Source: Octopus vulgaris (Eukaryota). Taken from it: a DNA stretch of 64,000 nt. The notes beneath the pieces are model-generated. The model made no database searches and was not told where the DNA came from. It saw only the letters and a list, made by a program, of their open reading frames with translations. The DNA lies in NCBI GenBank assembly GCA_951406725.2, contig OX597832.1:18786001-18850000 (forward strand), given 5' to 3'. Below are positions 40,917 to 53,411 of this stretch, in pieces. Position 1 is the stretch's first letter. The number at the start of each line of letters is the position of its first letter. A program made the position numbers and the translations under genes.

Positions 40917-42483
40917 TAAGTATATAGATATAAGTATATCTAACTCTTTCAGTCTATACTTTGCTAACTCGACAAAATATTACCGTTTCAGTGGAAAGAA
41001 CATCTGCCGAGATTTCTTTTAGTGCTTTAGTAACAACAGTTAATAGGGTTATGGGAAAGCCACTTCTATACTACTTAAGGCATAGATATACCCTTTTACT
41101 TTCTTCCCTTGCTTACTGTAGATCGTATGACAAAGTGACGCTGTCTCATTTAAACAAAATGTTCCGAGTGAATTCATGTTATGGAACAGTGTTAAATTTC
41201 ACACTTCTGTGAGATGTTGAGGCAAACACGGGCTTTTAACACCGCTGCCGTTTGTTTAGTTTAACTTATTTCTCTGTACGCGATACTGCATATGTGATAT
41301 CATCCTCATTATAATTGCTAATATATTTCAAATTGTTTCTGTTTATATTACTTATTCATTTAAATGTTCATTATTTCATTCATAGGTTGGGGTTTGCTCT
41401 CTAGTGCAAGTTGCTTTTGTATTGTCTTCCTATTTTGGCTTTGCGGGCTGTTGTAATATATTCATTCGGTTGTTATTCAATGAAAGAATTGCGTTTGATT
41501 CGTGTGGATACAAACACATGCAGAGAAGACGAGAAAAGGAAATGACTTAGAAATTTTTATGGAATACCGGTTATCCAAGTTTCTTTATATGTATTCCCGT
41601 GGTTTGCCCAACAGGCAATAACATTAGAATAAACATGGCGGTCATTTGATATTTGGTAATCTAACTATCGATTATATGAAATATGGATGAAAAGATATTG
41701 ATTCCAAGTGAATATTAGGAAATTTGATTATTGAAGTGGAACTCAAAACAGAAAATCGAAGAAATACCAGGTAAGCGCTCTGTAAATGAATACATCAAGA
41801 AATAGTCTCCCGAGGATGTCTCGATGTTTCACTGAACATTTTTCATATGGAAACAGATATAATGCAAGGAATCTTTCTGCTTTAAAATTAAGATTGGGCA
41901 TATATATATAAATTATAGAGGAAAGAAAAAAATCAGAGGAATTATAGCCACATTTATCTTATACGAGCAAAACGCCCCTCGTCTAATGGACGGTGCTGAA
42001 TTGTTAAATATTTAAGCCGAATTTTCTCAAAGCAACTTGTCCGACCGTCCCATAGGCCTCCCCTTTGAGAAACACTGATTTAACCTAAATTTGAGCCACC
42101 AGCAAAGCAAGAAATAAAGATAGACTGACTTTTTTCTATTCCAAAGAAAAACGATTTTATTCGCACAAGTATGCTACGGAAGAGTTTAAAGTACCAGTAA
42201 TGATAAGGCTGTTGACTGGGAGAATACAAACATCGTTTAAACAGTGAGCTTCGCAGGAAAGAAGCGTGCCTTTAAGCGGTACAAAAACAACAAAAAAATG
42301 GAAGGTGCAGTTATGTACAGGTTGACGGAAGAAAAGCAGGACGAAAACGGCTTTATTGATCGCATTCTCACCTGGAATCGATTTTTATAATTTTTTCAAG
42401 ACTTATACACGCCCTGATACCGTCGGTATCTACATATCAAATTTGAGCGCAATCGGATGGAGGATGCCCGATGAATATGTATA

Positions 42484-42533
<50 letters not shown>

Positions 42534-43159
42534 CAAGCGTATGTGTTTGTGTGCGTATGTGTTTGTGTGCGTATGTATGTGCTTGTGCGCGTGAGTATGT
42601 ATTTGTCCGTATACGTGTGTGTGTATATACATGCGCAATATTTATTTACTCTCCTGCAGATACACATAAAAATGCAATTCAGATGTTGCTATTATCTGTT
42701 GGGTTGACAGTCGTATCTTAGTACGTTGTTGTAAGTGAAACACCTGTAAGCTGATAGGGGTTATCAACTAATGCCTGGTTATTTTAATATTATTTCTTAA
42801 TATCTTTCTGTTCGTTTATATTCAAACCAGATGTTCTCACTGTGTCAACAAATTCGCTCTTTGCCGCGGTAGTTTAATAATACTGTGCGAACTATGTATA
42901 ACAGATCTAAACTATGGTTATCGTTCCACAGCAACAAGCGTATACGTACATACATACATACTTACATAATTCATACTTACGTGCATACATACATACAAAC
43001 ATACATGCATACAGACAAACATACATACATACATACATACATACATACATACATACATGCATACATACATACATACATACATACATACATACATACATAC
43101 ATACATACATACATACATACATGCGTATGTATATACATAGTGTGTGACCCATCTGTCCG

Positions 43160-43347
43160 GCAGTCTCCATGATAGATCGGTTGCCACTACACACATTTTT
43201 TTCTCCACTTGTTTTTTTCTGTGTCCCTTTCTGTAGAAGAGCGTAGGCTCGAAACGTAAAAGACTTTTTCTCTTCCTGAGCGTTATACTAATATATCTGT
43301 TTGTTTTGTACACCACTTGTCTTCGTCGTCTTTTTTTGGTGAAATCT

Positions 43348-43350
<3 letters not shown>
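43160..43350 (+). mobile_element. Short repeat with a minimal hammerhead-ribozyme motif; copy 2, ends in (TA)n
   Basis: Homologous to 31942-32140; ribozyme motif at 43227-43262. Confidence 0.72.
43227..43262 (+). ncRNA. Candidate minimal type I hammerhead ribozyme (core variant)
   Basis: CUUU-CUGUAGA-A-GAGC-GUAG-GCUC-GAAA-CG-UA^AAAG: stem I CUUU/AAAG, stem II GAGC/GCUC, palindromic ACGU stem III, GUA cleavage triplet. The core has U in place of the conserved A6. Confidence 0.55.
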
Positions 43351-43381
<31 letters not shown>

Positions 43382-43482
43382 AGAATTATAATAGTATAAA
43401 ATACAATTACTATTAAGGGCACAGGCGGGTTCAGTGCCTATATCCTGAAGATAGATGCTAAACCCTTCCAGCTACTTCAAAT

Positions 43483-43678
43483 TCTTTTCTACTGGAGGCA
43501 CAATGTCCAAAATTTTGAGGGATTGTGCCAGTCTGTTTGATTGACCCCAGTATGCAACTGGTACTTAATTTATCGACCCCGAAAGGATGAAAGGTAAAGT
43601 CGACCTCAGCGGAATTTGAACTCAGAACACAAATACGGTCGAAATATCGCTAAGCGTTTCGCCCGGCGTGTTAACGAA
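43483..43678 (-). mobile_element. SINE family F monomer with an alternative 3' tail
   Basis: 'ggtacttaatttatcgaccccgaaaggatgaaagg.aaagtcgacctc.gcggaatttgaactcagaac' matches F, but the 3' end differs from the multimeric F copies. Confidence 0.85.
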
Positions 43679-44070
43679 CCTTCAAATTATCACTATATAA
43701 TTAACACGTGTTGAAATCGAGGAAGAAACCTGACCGAAAGTCATAAAAGAATCCAGTTAGTTTTTGGATTGATCAGTTTCTGGATCAGTTTTATAGCATT
43801 TTTCCTTCATCAGCAAATCGTACTTGGCGAAATCAATGAAATATTAATACATAACCACAGAAAAGCACTCGCAAAACTCCCAATACGTACAAATATCGCA
43901 TATATATACGCATTGAATTCTGCAGACAACCCCAACACGTGTATTTGGTCAGAATATTACGGCAGCGATTAAACTGTCCGGAAGTAAATGGAATATATCC
44001 GAAAATAATCGTATGTATATCTATATGTATGTATGTATATCTATATATATATAAAGATGTTTTGTGTGTG

Positions 44071-44102
<32 letters not shown>

Positions 44103-44125
44103 AACATCTTTTATATATATATATA

Positions 44126-44167
<42 letters not shown>

Positions 44168-44609
44168 CATACGCTGTCACACACACACATATATATAAAC
44201 TAGTTCATGCACGTACTCTACATTTTTTGTACAATGCTTGGTTACAAACTCCGAAGACGTCTATATAACTAGAAACACAGAGCTTCGACTTGCCGCATAT
44301 TTACATTCGTTAACCTGTTTTTTTCTCCTTAATATCATGTAAACTTCGAAGAATATTTGTACCTTCAGATTATCTCCCCTTCAGAAGTATAATAATTTCA
44401 ATACATCGTGAACTTTTCGTGTATGGTATTTCAGAAACCTGTATCAGATTATGAATACATAGAGATATATATGTATACGTAAGAAATGCATTAGTGATTC
44501 AGACTGGGAAATTTCCTGTAAAATATTGGCTATATTCCGAATGGAACTTCTGCTGCTGCTGCTACTACTACTACTACTAATACTGCTACATCAACAACAA
44601 CTACTACAA

Positions 44610-44840
<231 letters not shown>

Positions 44841-45271
44841 GAGAAATTAAGGCCAACAGACCAGATATAGTCGTCAGAGATCATGAAGAAAAAAATGCTT
44901 TCTAATTGATGTATCAATACCGGCTGATGACAACGTGTCTCTAAAAGAAATGGAGAAACTCTCAAAATACAAAGACCTGGAAATAGAGGTAACTAGAATG
45001 TGGAATCTGAAAACAGAAACAATTCCTATCATAGTAGGTGCATTAGGCATGATAAAAAAATATTCAGACAAATACATAACAAAAACACCAGGACTTACAA
45101 ACACATATAACATACAGAAAATTGCACTACTAGGCACTGCACTCATCCTACGCAGAACACTTTCCATACAATAACCATCAGAGCATCACAACAAATCACA
45201 GCACATACCCAAGGCACACAGAGCTGCGCTCGGTAGTGAAGTGAAAGCACGATATAAAAATAAAACTACTG
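44841..45271 (+). mobile_element. Young 5'-truncated Dong/R4 LINE (RLE C-terminus + 3' UTR) inserted in (TAA)n
   Basis: REIKANRPDIVVRDHEEK/CFLIDVSIPADDNVSLKEMEKLSKYKDLEIEVTRMWNLKTETIPIIVGALGMIKK...IQKIALLGTALILRRTLSIQ* (ORF 44935-45174), with one frameshift in an A-run; (AAT)n on both sides. Confidence 0.93.
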
Positions 45272-45304
45272 AATAATAATAATAATAATAATAATAATTC
45301 AAAT

Positions 45305-45425
45305 ATCACTACTACTACTACTATTACTTCTACTACTAATGCTACTACTTCTACTACGACGATTACCTCAACTACAATCACAACTGCTGCTACTTGTACT
45401 ACTATTACTACTATTTGTACTATTT

Positions 45426-45456
<31 letters not shown>

Positions 45457-45613
45457 TTCTACTATTACTACGACTGGTTTTTCTACTACAACTACTATTT
45501 CTTACTTTTCTAATTCTACTACTACTACTACTCCTACTACTAATAATACTACTATTACTACTACTCCTACTACTACTACAACTACTACTACTACTACTCC
45601 TTCTACTACTACA

Positions 45614-45648
<35 letters not shown>

Positions 45649-46008
45649 TACTACTACTACTACTACTTCTTCTACTATTACTACGACTGGTTTTTCTACT
45701 ACAACTACTATTTCTTACTTTTCTAATTCTACTACTACTACTACTCCTACTAATAATACTACTATTACTGCTACTCCTACTACTACTACAACTACTACTA
45801 CTACTACTCCTTCTACTACTACAACTACTACTACTACTACTACTTCTATACTACTACAACTACTACTACTACTACTACTACTAATACTACTATTACTACT
45901 ACTCCTACTACTACAACTACTACTACTACTACTCCTTCTACTACTACAACTACTACTACTACTACTACTACTTCTACTACTACTACAACTACTACTACTA
46001 CTACTACT
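45305..46008. repeat. Degenerate (CTA)n microsatellite with a ~213-bp higher-order duplication
   Basis: The marker 'cgactggtttttctactacaactactatttcttacttttctaattc' occurs at 45471 and 45684. Confidence 0.9.
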
Positions 46009-46709
46009 GTTTGCACTATGTGCACCACACACATTAACAGAATCCGTAATATCTTAGGTTACGTATTTTTAGCATTTTCTCTATTATCATTATTATTATT
46101 ACCATTATTATTATTACCATTATTATTATTACCATTATTATTATTACCATTATTATTACGTTCGTCGTATTTCAAATAATGAACTTGATTTGTTTTCGTT
46201 TTGTCTTTGTTTTTTGTTTGTTCTTTTTTAGTTTGTTTCTTGCTAAAATATCAACAAAAGTTAACAGCGTTAATGTATTTTCAACACATACACTAACGCT
46301 CACAGAGGCATATATATATATATATATATATAAATAAGCATATGTTTATAGAAAGTATATATATATAGACATATAGCCACGCGTATATATTTATATTTCA
46401 TTGCACACATGTATGTGTGTGTTTGTTTGTAACTGTGACTATGTGTAATTTTCAATACGCATATTTATGTTTTTTTGCTGCTGTGTATGTTTTATTTCTT
46501 TGCTATGCGAAAACTGTAGGCAGGAAATTGGATTCTAAAGATATCTCCGGAACTGATCTGATTGCTTGCTGTTTATACTAATTTTTTGCGTCCGTTATTA
46601 TATACATACACACACACAATTGATATACGTGTGTCGTGTGCATATATGCCTATATCTATGTCTATCAATATATATATATATATATATATATATATCCTTA
46701 TATATATAT

Positions 46710-46753
46710 CTGTCTATATCCTTATGAATGCGTGTATATTTGTATTTGTCTAA

Positions 46754-46810
<57 letters not shown>

Positions 46811-46857
46811 CTTAGACAAATGCAAATATACACGCATTCATAAGGATATTTGTCTAA

Positions 46858-46920
<63 letters not shown>

Positions 46921-46965
46921 CTTAGACAAATACAAATATACACGCATTCATAAGGATATAGACAG
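46710..46965. repeat. (TA)n-centred palindrome with a duplicated right arm
   Basis: Left arm 46710-46758, (TA)n, partial inverted arm 46807-46848, re-entry into the left-arm end, (TA)n, full inverted arm 46917-46965. Confidence 0.9.
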
Positions 46966-47996
46966 AGACAAACTGAAAGAAATAATGCGTTATGTATTTC
47001 TTAAAACGACGTTGGTTAAATTATTCTCGTGTTTTGTTCGTTTTTTTATTTTCCTGTGCCTTGCTCTATGGCATATTGATCTAAACGCCTTAGTTGTCTG
47101 CAATTCTTCCTAGGCCTGTTAAACAGTTTTTACCGACATCAGAGTAACTCTTGCTTCGTATGCCAGACGATGCATCTAAATTTTTATCAAGTTGCACACT
47201 ATTTTTATTACTGAGAAACAAATCTAAATTGCTTCAAAAGTTATACTATATGCATAGACTACAGGCTTAATTGAGTGAACATCTGTATTGAACATACCCC
47301 TCATTTAACCTGCACAAAAGTTCATGTTTTTTCTTGTCCCTCGAAATTTTTTTTTTTTTTTTCATAAAATTCAGTTATTCGCTTATATTTTTACTGTCCC
47401 ATTGCAATTTTGTTGCATTGTCGCATTTGATGCCTTTCATACAAAATCCCACATTTTAAAACATATTCAACTTGTAGAATTATGTATTTCATGCAGTGAA
47501 ATTGGATGAAGTTCGATAAATAATGATCAAATACTAAAGTTTTGTAACGATATCGATTGAATAGAATCTAAGAATTAAGTATTTACAAATCTAAAATTAG
47601 ACACACCGGTTTTGCCTTATATCATCTTTAGCAATTTCATATTTAAATCACATTTATTTGAGAAAATGACTCAGTTTTAAAAGAACCATATGTGGAATGA
47701 CATTTACTCTTTAACACCGTTTGCCTTATTGATAAATGAAGTGGAGAACAGGTCGATAGCTGAGAACGGCGTTAGGTGTTGTATAACATTTTCTTTTTCT
47801 TGATTGAAATTTAGCAACGCGCTTAAAAGCGAGCAGAAATATTAGAAGTCGTTTCGTTTCTGGAGCGAAAGCCCTCATTGGCGAAATGAATATAAAATGC
47901 GATTCAGAAAGAGATGAAACTAACAATCATTTGCACTCAAATTCAGAGGTGATTTTAACTGATTAATAAGAAATTCAAGTAAATTATTCACATAAA

Positions 47997-48462
47997 AGAA
48001 TGGTTGTGTGGCAAGTAGCTTGCTTACGAACCACTTTGTTGCGGGTTCAGTCCTACTGCGTGGCATCTTGGGCAAGTGTCTTCTACAATAGCCTCGGGCC
48101 GACCAAAGCTTTGTGAGTGGATTTGTTTGATGGAAACTGAAAGAAGCCCGTCGTATATATGTGTATATATATCTATCTATCAATCTCTCTCTCTCTATAT
48201 ATATATATATGTGTGCGTGTGTGTGCGTGTGTGTGTGTGTGTGTGTGTTTGTTTTTGTGTGTCTGTGTTAGTGCCCTCAACATCGCTTGATAACCGATGC
48301 TGGTGTGTTTACATCCCCGTAACTTTGCGGTTCGGCAAAAGAGACTGATAGAATAAGTACTAGGTTTACAAAGAATAAGTCCTGGGGTCGATGATTTGAT
48401 TCGGCTAAAGGCGATGCTCCAGCATGGCCGCAGTCAAATGACTGAAACAAGTATAAGAGTAT
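47997..48462 (+). mobile_element. SINE family A, full length
   Basis: Colinear with the 29503 copy; internal (TA)(TC)(TA)(TG) tract. Confidence 0.92.
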
Positions 48463-48659
48463 GTGTAAGAGTTATAAGCGACACAAATTTGTACAGTTTA
48501 CTCATGATAGCTTAGCCTCCCCAAACGTCACGACATATTTAGATATCTCTATATTGGGACCAACAGGTTATTTGTATGTGAGTCAGTATCTTTTTGCGCT
48601 ATGATTCAAGAAAGTTCACAACCTCAGTCAACGAACCGCGTATCATATTCAATGTGATA

Positions 48660-49044
48660 GGAAAGCACTCCGTCGGTTACGACGACGAGGGTTCCGGTTG
48701 ATCCGAATCAACGGAACAGCCTGTTCGTGAAATTAACGTGTAAGTGGCTGAGCACTCCACAGACACGTGTACCCTTAACGTAGTTCTCGGGGATATTCAG
48801 CGTGACACAGAGAGTGACAAGGCCGGACCTTTGAAATACAGGTACAACAGAAACAGGAAGAAAGAGTGAGAGAATGTTGTGGTGAAAGAGTACAGCAGAG
48901 ATCACCACAATCCCCTGCCGGGGCCTCGTGGAGCTTTAGGTGTTTTCGCTCAATAAACACTCACAACGCCCGGTCTGGGAATAGAAACCGCGATCCTATG
49001 ACCGCGAGTCCGCTGCCCTAACCACTGGGCCATTGCGCCTCCAC
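48660..49044 (-). mobile_element. SINE family B head and body with tail type 2; 13-bp TSD
   Basis: Head and body match the 14657 and 52140 copies, but the 3' ~190 bp (48660-48850) is unrelated to tail type 1. TSD attcaatgtgata at 48647-48659 and 49045-49057. Confidence 0.9.
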
Positions 49045-50013
49045 ATTCAATGTGATAATATACACATATACAGTGAGATATCCGAGGCTTTTTATGGGTT
49101 GAAACCTATAAGGAGTAATTAATCGTAAAGTTAAGCCAATGCAATACAAATTTGAATTGTTTGTATTAAACAAATATGCAGGTTCGTGTTTGAGATTGAA
49201 GCAATATCAACAATTTCCGAGAGTTACATCGTAAGGAAACATAACAAGGCAACATACGATCATAGAGCCAATTGAAAGTGGTCTACCAAGTAATATTTTG
49301 AAGAGAATTTAAACGAAGAAAATCAAGAAATACAAATGAAATGTTTATATCCTGCGATGAATTTCAACCACATAAGAAACAAAAAATAGTATTTCTACTC
49401 TACATCATATATAGATATATTACCTTAGTATAAAAGAGGCTAAAGTACAAACTTATAATTATCCCAACGCTGACACAAAAATAGAGCTCTTTACTGAAAT
49501 CAAACAAAAGCAGAGAAGTCTTAGCTAAATACAAAATTTGCGTCAAACATAAAGACAGAATTTCTCTTCCATTTTCAACTGAAAAGTAATTAATCCTACA
49601 AAACTGTGATCGGATTATTTATTAAGAAAATCTTCATTAACATTAAGAGCGGCATTAAGAAGACAAACAAGATCCAACAAAGGAATAATTGTAGGTCATT
49701 CATTAGCTGATTTAAAACATTATATATGAAATCCAATTCAACTTTTCGATATAGCTGAATATCTTTCATTCTTGAAATCTCTATTCAAAAGCGTTAGAGG
49801 ATACGTTAGTTATAAAATAATAAGGATACCACTGATATGGATATCGATATGAACTTAGAATTAACAGATTTTTAGCGACAATTCTACATGGATTAAAAGA
49901 TCACGTCATGTCGCCTTGTTGCAAATTATCAAATTATCAAAATGTAAGTTAGACCTCATAACAAAATGTTATCACATTGGAAAATATTTCCTAAAATGTA
50001 GAACGATCATATC

Positions 50014-50606
50014 TATTTCTTTACTACCCACAAGGGGCTACACACAGAGGGGACAAACAAGGATAGACAAACGGATTAAGTCGATTATATCGACCCCAGT
50101 GCGTAACTGGTACTTATTTAATCGACGAGCTGGCAGAAACGTTAGCACGCCGGGCGAAATGCTTAGCGGTATTTCGTCTGCGTTACGTTGTGAGTTCAAA
50201 TTGCGCCGATGTCGACTTTGCCTTTCATCCTTTCGGGGTCGATAAATTAAGTACCAGTTACGCACTGGAGTCGATGTAATCGACTTAATACCTATGTCTG
50301 TCCTTGTTTGTCCCCTCTGTGTTTAGCCCCTACTGGGTAATAAAGAAATAGGTACTTATTTAATCGACCCCGAAAGGATGAAAAGCAAAGTCGACATCGG
50401 CGGAACTTAAAATCAGACAAAATACCTATTTCTTTACTACCCACAAGGGGCTACACACAGAGGGGACAAACAAGGACAGACAAACGGATTAAGTCGATTA
50501 TATCGACCACAGTGCGTAACTAGTACATATTTAACCGACCCCGAATGGATGAAAGGCAAAGTCGACCTCGGCGGAACTTGAACTCAGAACGTCGCGGCAG
50601 ACAATT
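50014..50606 (-). mobile_element. Headless SINE family F dimer with 15-bp TSD, interrupted by a nested F monomer
   Basis: TSD tagaacgatcatatc at 49999-50013 and 50607-50621; internal unit junction 'aaatac|ctatttctttactac' near 50426. Confidence 0.88.
50127..50350 (+). mobile_element. SINE family F monomer nested antisense within the F dimer; 18-bp TSD
   Basis: TSD ggtacttatttaatcgac at 50109-50126 and 50351-50368. Confidence 0.88.
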
Positions 50607-50673
50607 TAGAACGATCATATCGTTACCCGATTCAGCAACAAATGCACTCTCTCGTTCTTTGCCCCACTTTCTC

Positions 50674-50752
<79 letters not shown>

Positions 50753-51601
50753 TTCTCTGGCTCTGTCTTTATCTCCGTGTCTGACACCTCTCTCACTTTA
50801 GGTCTCGTGCTAATGTATAGTCACAATTCATTATACAAAAATCATCACACCTTTAAAACTCTGAGTTCAATTATATTCAAAAGAATGTCTCTATAAATTT
50901 ACTATTTACTAGTATTCAGACTTCAATAGTAGTTATTACAATTGAAATATGATAGGATATATTTTAAACGCTTTAACTCTGCCGATGCTATATAAATATA
51001 TTATCTTCTTATCCCCGTACTTCAGATATACAATTAAATTATGTACACTGGGTATAACTAATTAACGGATACAACCCAACGCAAACAATACATACATACA
51101 TACATACATACATACATACATACATACATACATACATACATACATACATACATACATACATACATAAACGCACAGAGCTGTGGTACCGAAGAACTCATCA
51201 GGTATGACTATTTCGAAGTGTCCCAACCGATTGGCGAAACATTCCTGTATTACACATTCAGTATTTTACTTATATTCTGGGTAGTCTGCAGTCGCGAGCT
51301 ATTTTCCTCAAGCACTTACTCAAATAAAATGGTTCTTGTACCATAAGGAAGCAGAAACATTTGCAAATCTATTGAAGGTGTTAGGGTATATCTTTCAATT
51401 TTTGACAGCCCTATCTTCTTTCTCTATTCTCTCCTTTTGTTGGCAGTGTTTGAGTAGATTTTCGATCTCGAGCAATGCTGCTTTGAGATAGGATCATTTT
51501 CTATGTATCATGGTCCATTGAGAAGGTGTCAGATTTTCGCTCGTCAAATTATTGGAATCCTCCTATCTTTGAGAATTTTACTTTTCGGTATACGTGCGTG
51601 T

Positions 51602-51669
<68 letters not shown>

Positions 51670-51677
51670 TTGTGAGC

Positions 51678-51722
<45 letters not shown>

Positions 51723-51836
51723 GGATAAAATCTTTATAAGAAGTAATCAAGTACCGAGACAAAAAATAGGGGAACATTTATTAATTATTCCCTTTAAATA
51801 TGATTATTTATATCAAGATTTATATTAATATGAATA

Positions 51837-51919
<83 letters not shown>

Positions 51920-52139
51920 CACCCTGTTCTGCTGGGTATACCTTTCAATTTAGTGACAATACAGATCTCTACAGACTGACAATCAATATATGATACGCAT
52001 ATTTTAAAACCTCGTTTACCGTTGTATTACGGATATAGAAATTCAAAATTGTAAATACCTATGGTGTATTATATGTAACAGACTATATTATTTTGTATGT
52101 AATTATACAAAAGGAAATAATTTGATATATATGTATGTA

Positions 52140-52441
52140 TGGAGGCGCAATGGCCCAGTGGTTAGGGCAGCGGACTCGCGGTCGGAGGATCACCGTTTCG
52201 ATTCCCAGACTGGGTGTTGTGTATGTTTATTGAGCAAAAACACCTCAAAGCTCCACGAGGTTCCAGTAGTGGGTGTGGCGACCCCTGTTGCACTCTTTCG
52301 CCACAAATTTCTCTCTCTCATTCCTGTTTCTTGAGTAACGCTGCAATGGCCTGGCGTCCCGTCCAATTGGGGGGAACACATACGCCACAGAAACCGGGAA
52401 ACAAGGCCCACGAACCTGGCTAGGCTTGGAAACGGCGACAT
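52140..52441 (+). mobile_element. SINE family B, tail type 1
   Basis: 'tggaggcgcaatggcccagtggttagggcagcggactcgcggtcgg...' colinear with the 14657 copy. Confidence 0.9.
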
Positions 52442-52705
52442 TTATCGTTTTATGTGTAGTATTTGTCTGATTTATGCGTATGCACTCAAACACACATATG
52501 GCTATAAAGACAGATTGGTTTGAATTGAATATGCATATTTATCGATATACACTAAGACTATATAGGTCAGTTCAAAAATCTAGTCTGTGAGATTTTGTCT
52601 GCATTTACATATAGTAAAAGAGGCTATTTCCATTTAGATGAATTATCTCAAATAAGCATCGAGGCAGATTTGAATACTCGAACAATAATAATCTGTATAT
52701 CGTAT

Positions 52706-52978
52706 CTCTTTTACTCTTTTACTCTTTTACTCTTTCACTTGTTTCAGTAATTTGACTGTGACCATATTGGAGCACCGCCTTTAGTCGAGCAACTTGACCC
52801 CAGGACTTATTCTTTGTAAGCCTAGTACTTATTCTATCGGTCTCTTTAGCGGAACCGCTAAGTTACGAGCATCGGTTGTCAAGTGATGTTGGGGGGGACA
52901 AACACAGACACACAAACATATACACAGACACATACATGCATACATATATGTATATATATATATATATATATATACATG

Positions 52979-53027
<49 letters not shown>

Positions 53028-53101
53028 GACGGGCTTCTTTCAGTTTCCGTCTACCAAATCCCCTCTCAAGGCTTTGGTTGACCCGAGGCTATAGTAGAAG
53101 A
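52706..53101 (-). mobile_element. SINE family A, 5'-truncated, with (CTCTTTTA)n tail
   Basis: Reverse complement of the A consensus, broken within the CORE-like segment at the palindrome. Confidence 0.88.
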
Positions 53102-53169
53102 CTGAAAGAGACAGACATGCCTGCGTCGATATATATATATATATATATATCGACGCAGGCTAGGCTGTC

Positions 53170-53203
<34 letters not shown>

Positions 53204-53230
53204 CGCAGGCTAGGCTGTCTCTTTCAGTCT
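53099..53230. repeat. (AT)n-centred palindrome with a duplicated right arm
   Basis: agactgaaagagacagacatgcctgcgtcg-(AT)n-cgacgcaggctaggctgtct-cg(AT)n-cgacgcaggctaggctgtctctttcagtct. Confidence 0.9.
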
Positions 53231-53233
53231 AAT

Positions 53234-53411
53234 TGCGTGCATCTTAGGGCAAGTGTCTGCTACTGTCTCCGTTCCGTAACTTAGCGATTCGGCTAAGAGC
53301 GATATAATCAGTGCTAGGCTTACAAAGAATAAGTCTAGAGATCGATTTTTTTTTCAGTTAAATCGCTTTAAGGCTGTGCTCCAGCATGGCCGCAGTCAAA
53401 TGATCGAAACA
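53234..53411 (+). mobile_element. SINE family A with a large internal deletion
   Basis: 'gcatcttagggcaagtgtctgctact' is joined directly to 'ccgtaacttagcgattcggc...ctccagcatggccgcagtcaaatga'. Confidence 0.75.

Noticed and set aside
40534-41022. 162-aa ORF
   Set aside because: It runs across both boundaries of the non-autonomous Helitron and shows no Rep or helicase motifs.
45300-46010. Thr-rich mucin-like reading frame
   Set aside because: Degenerate (ACT)n; the frame shifts near 45849 and I found no start codon or splice signals.
52140-52215. tRNA genes at SINE heads (also 14657, 29503, 59338)
   Set aside because: A and B boxes are present but there is no complete cloverleaf, and each head continues into a SINE body, with TSDs in some copies.
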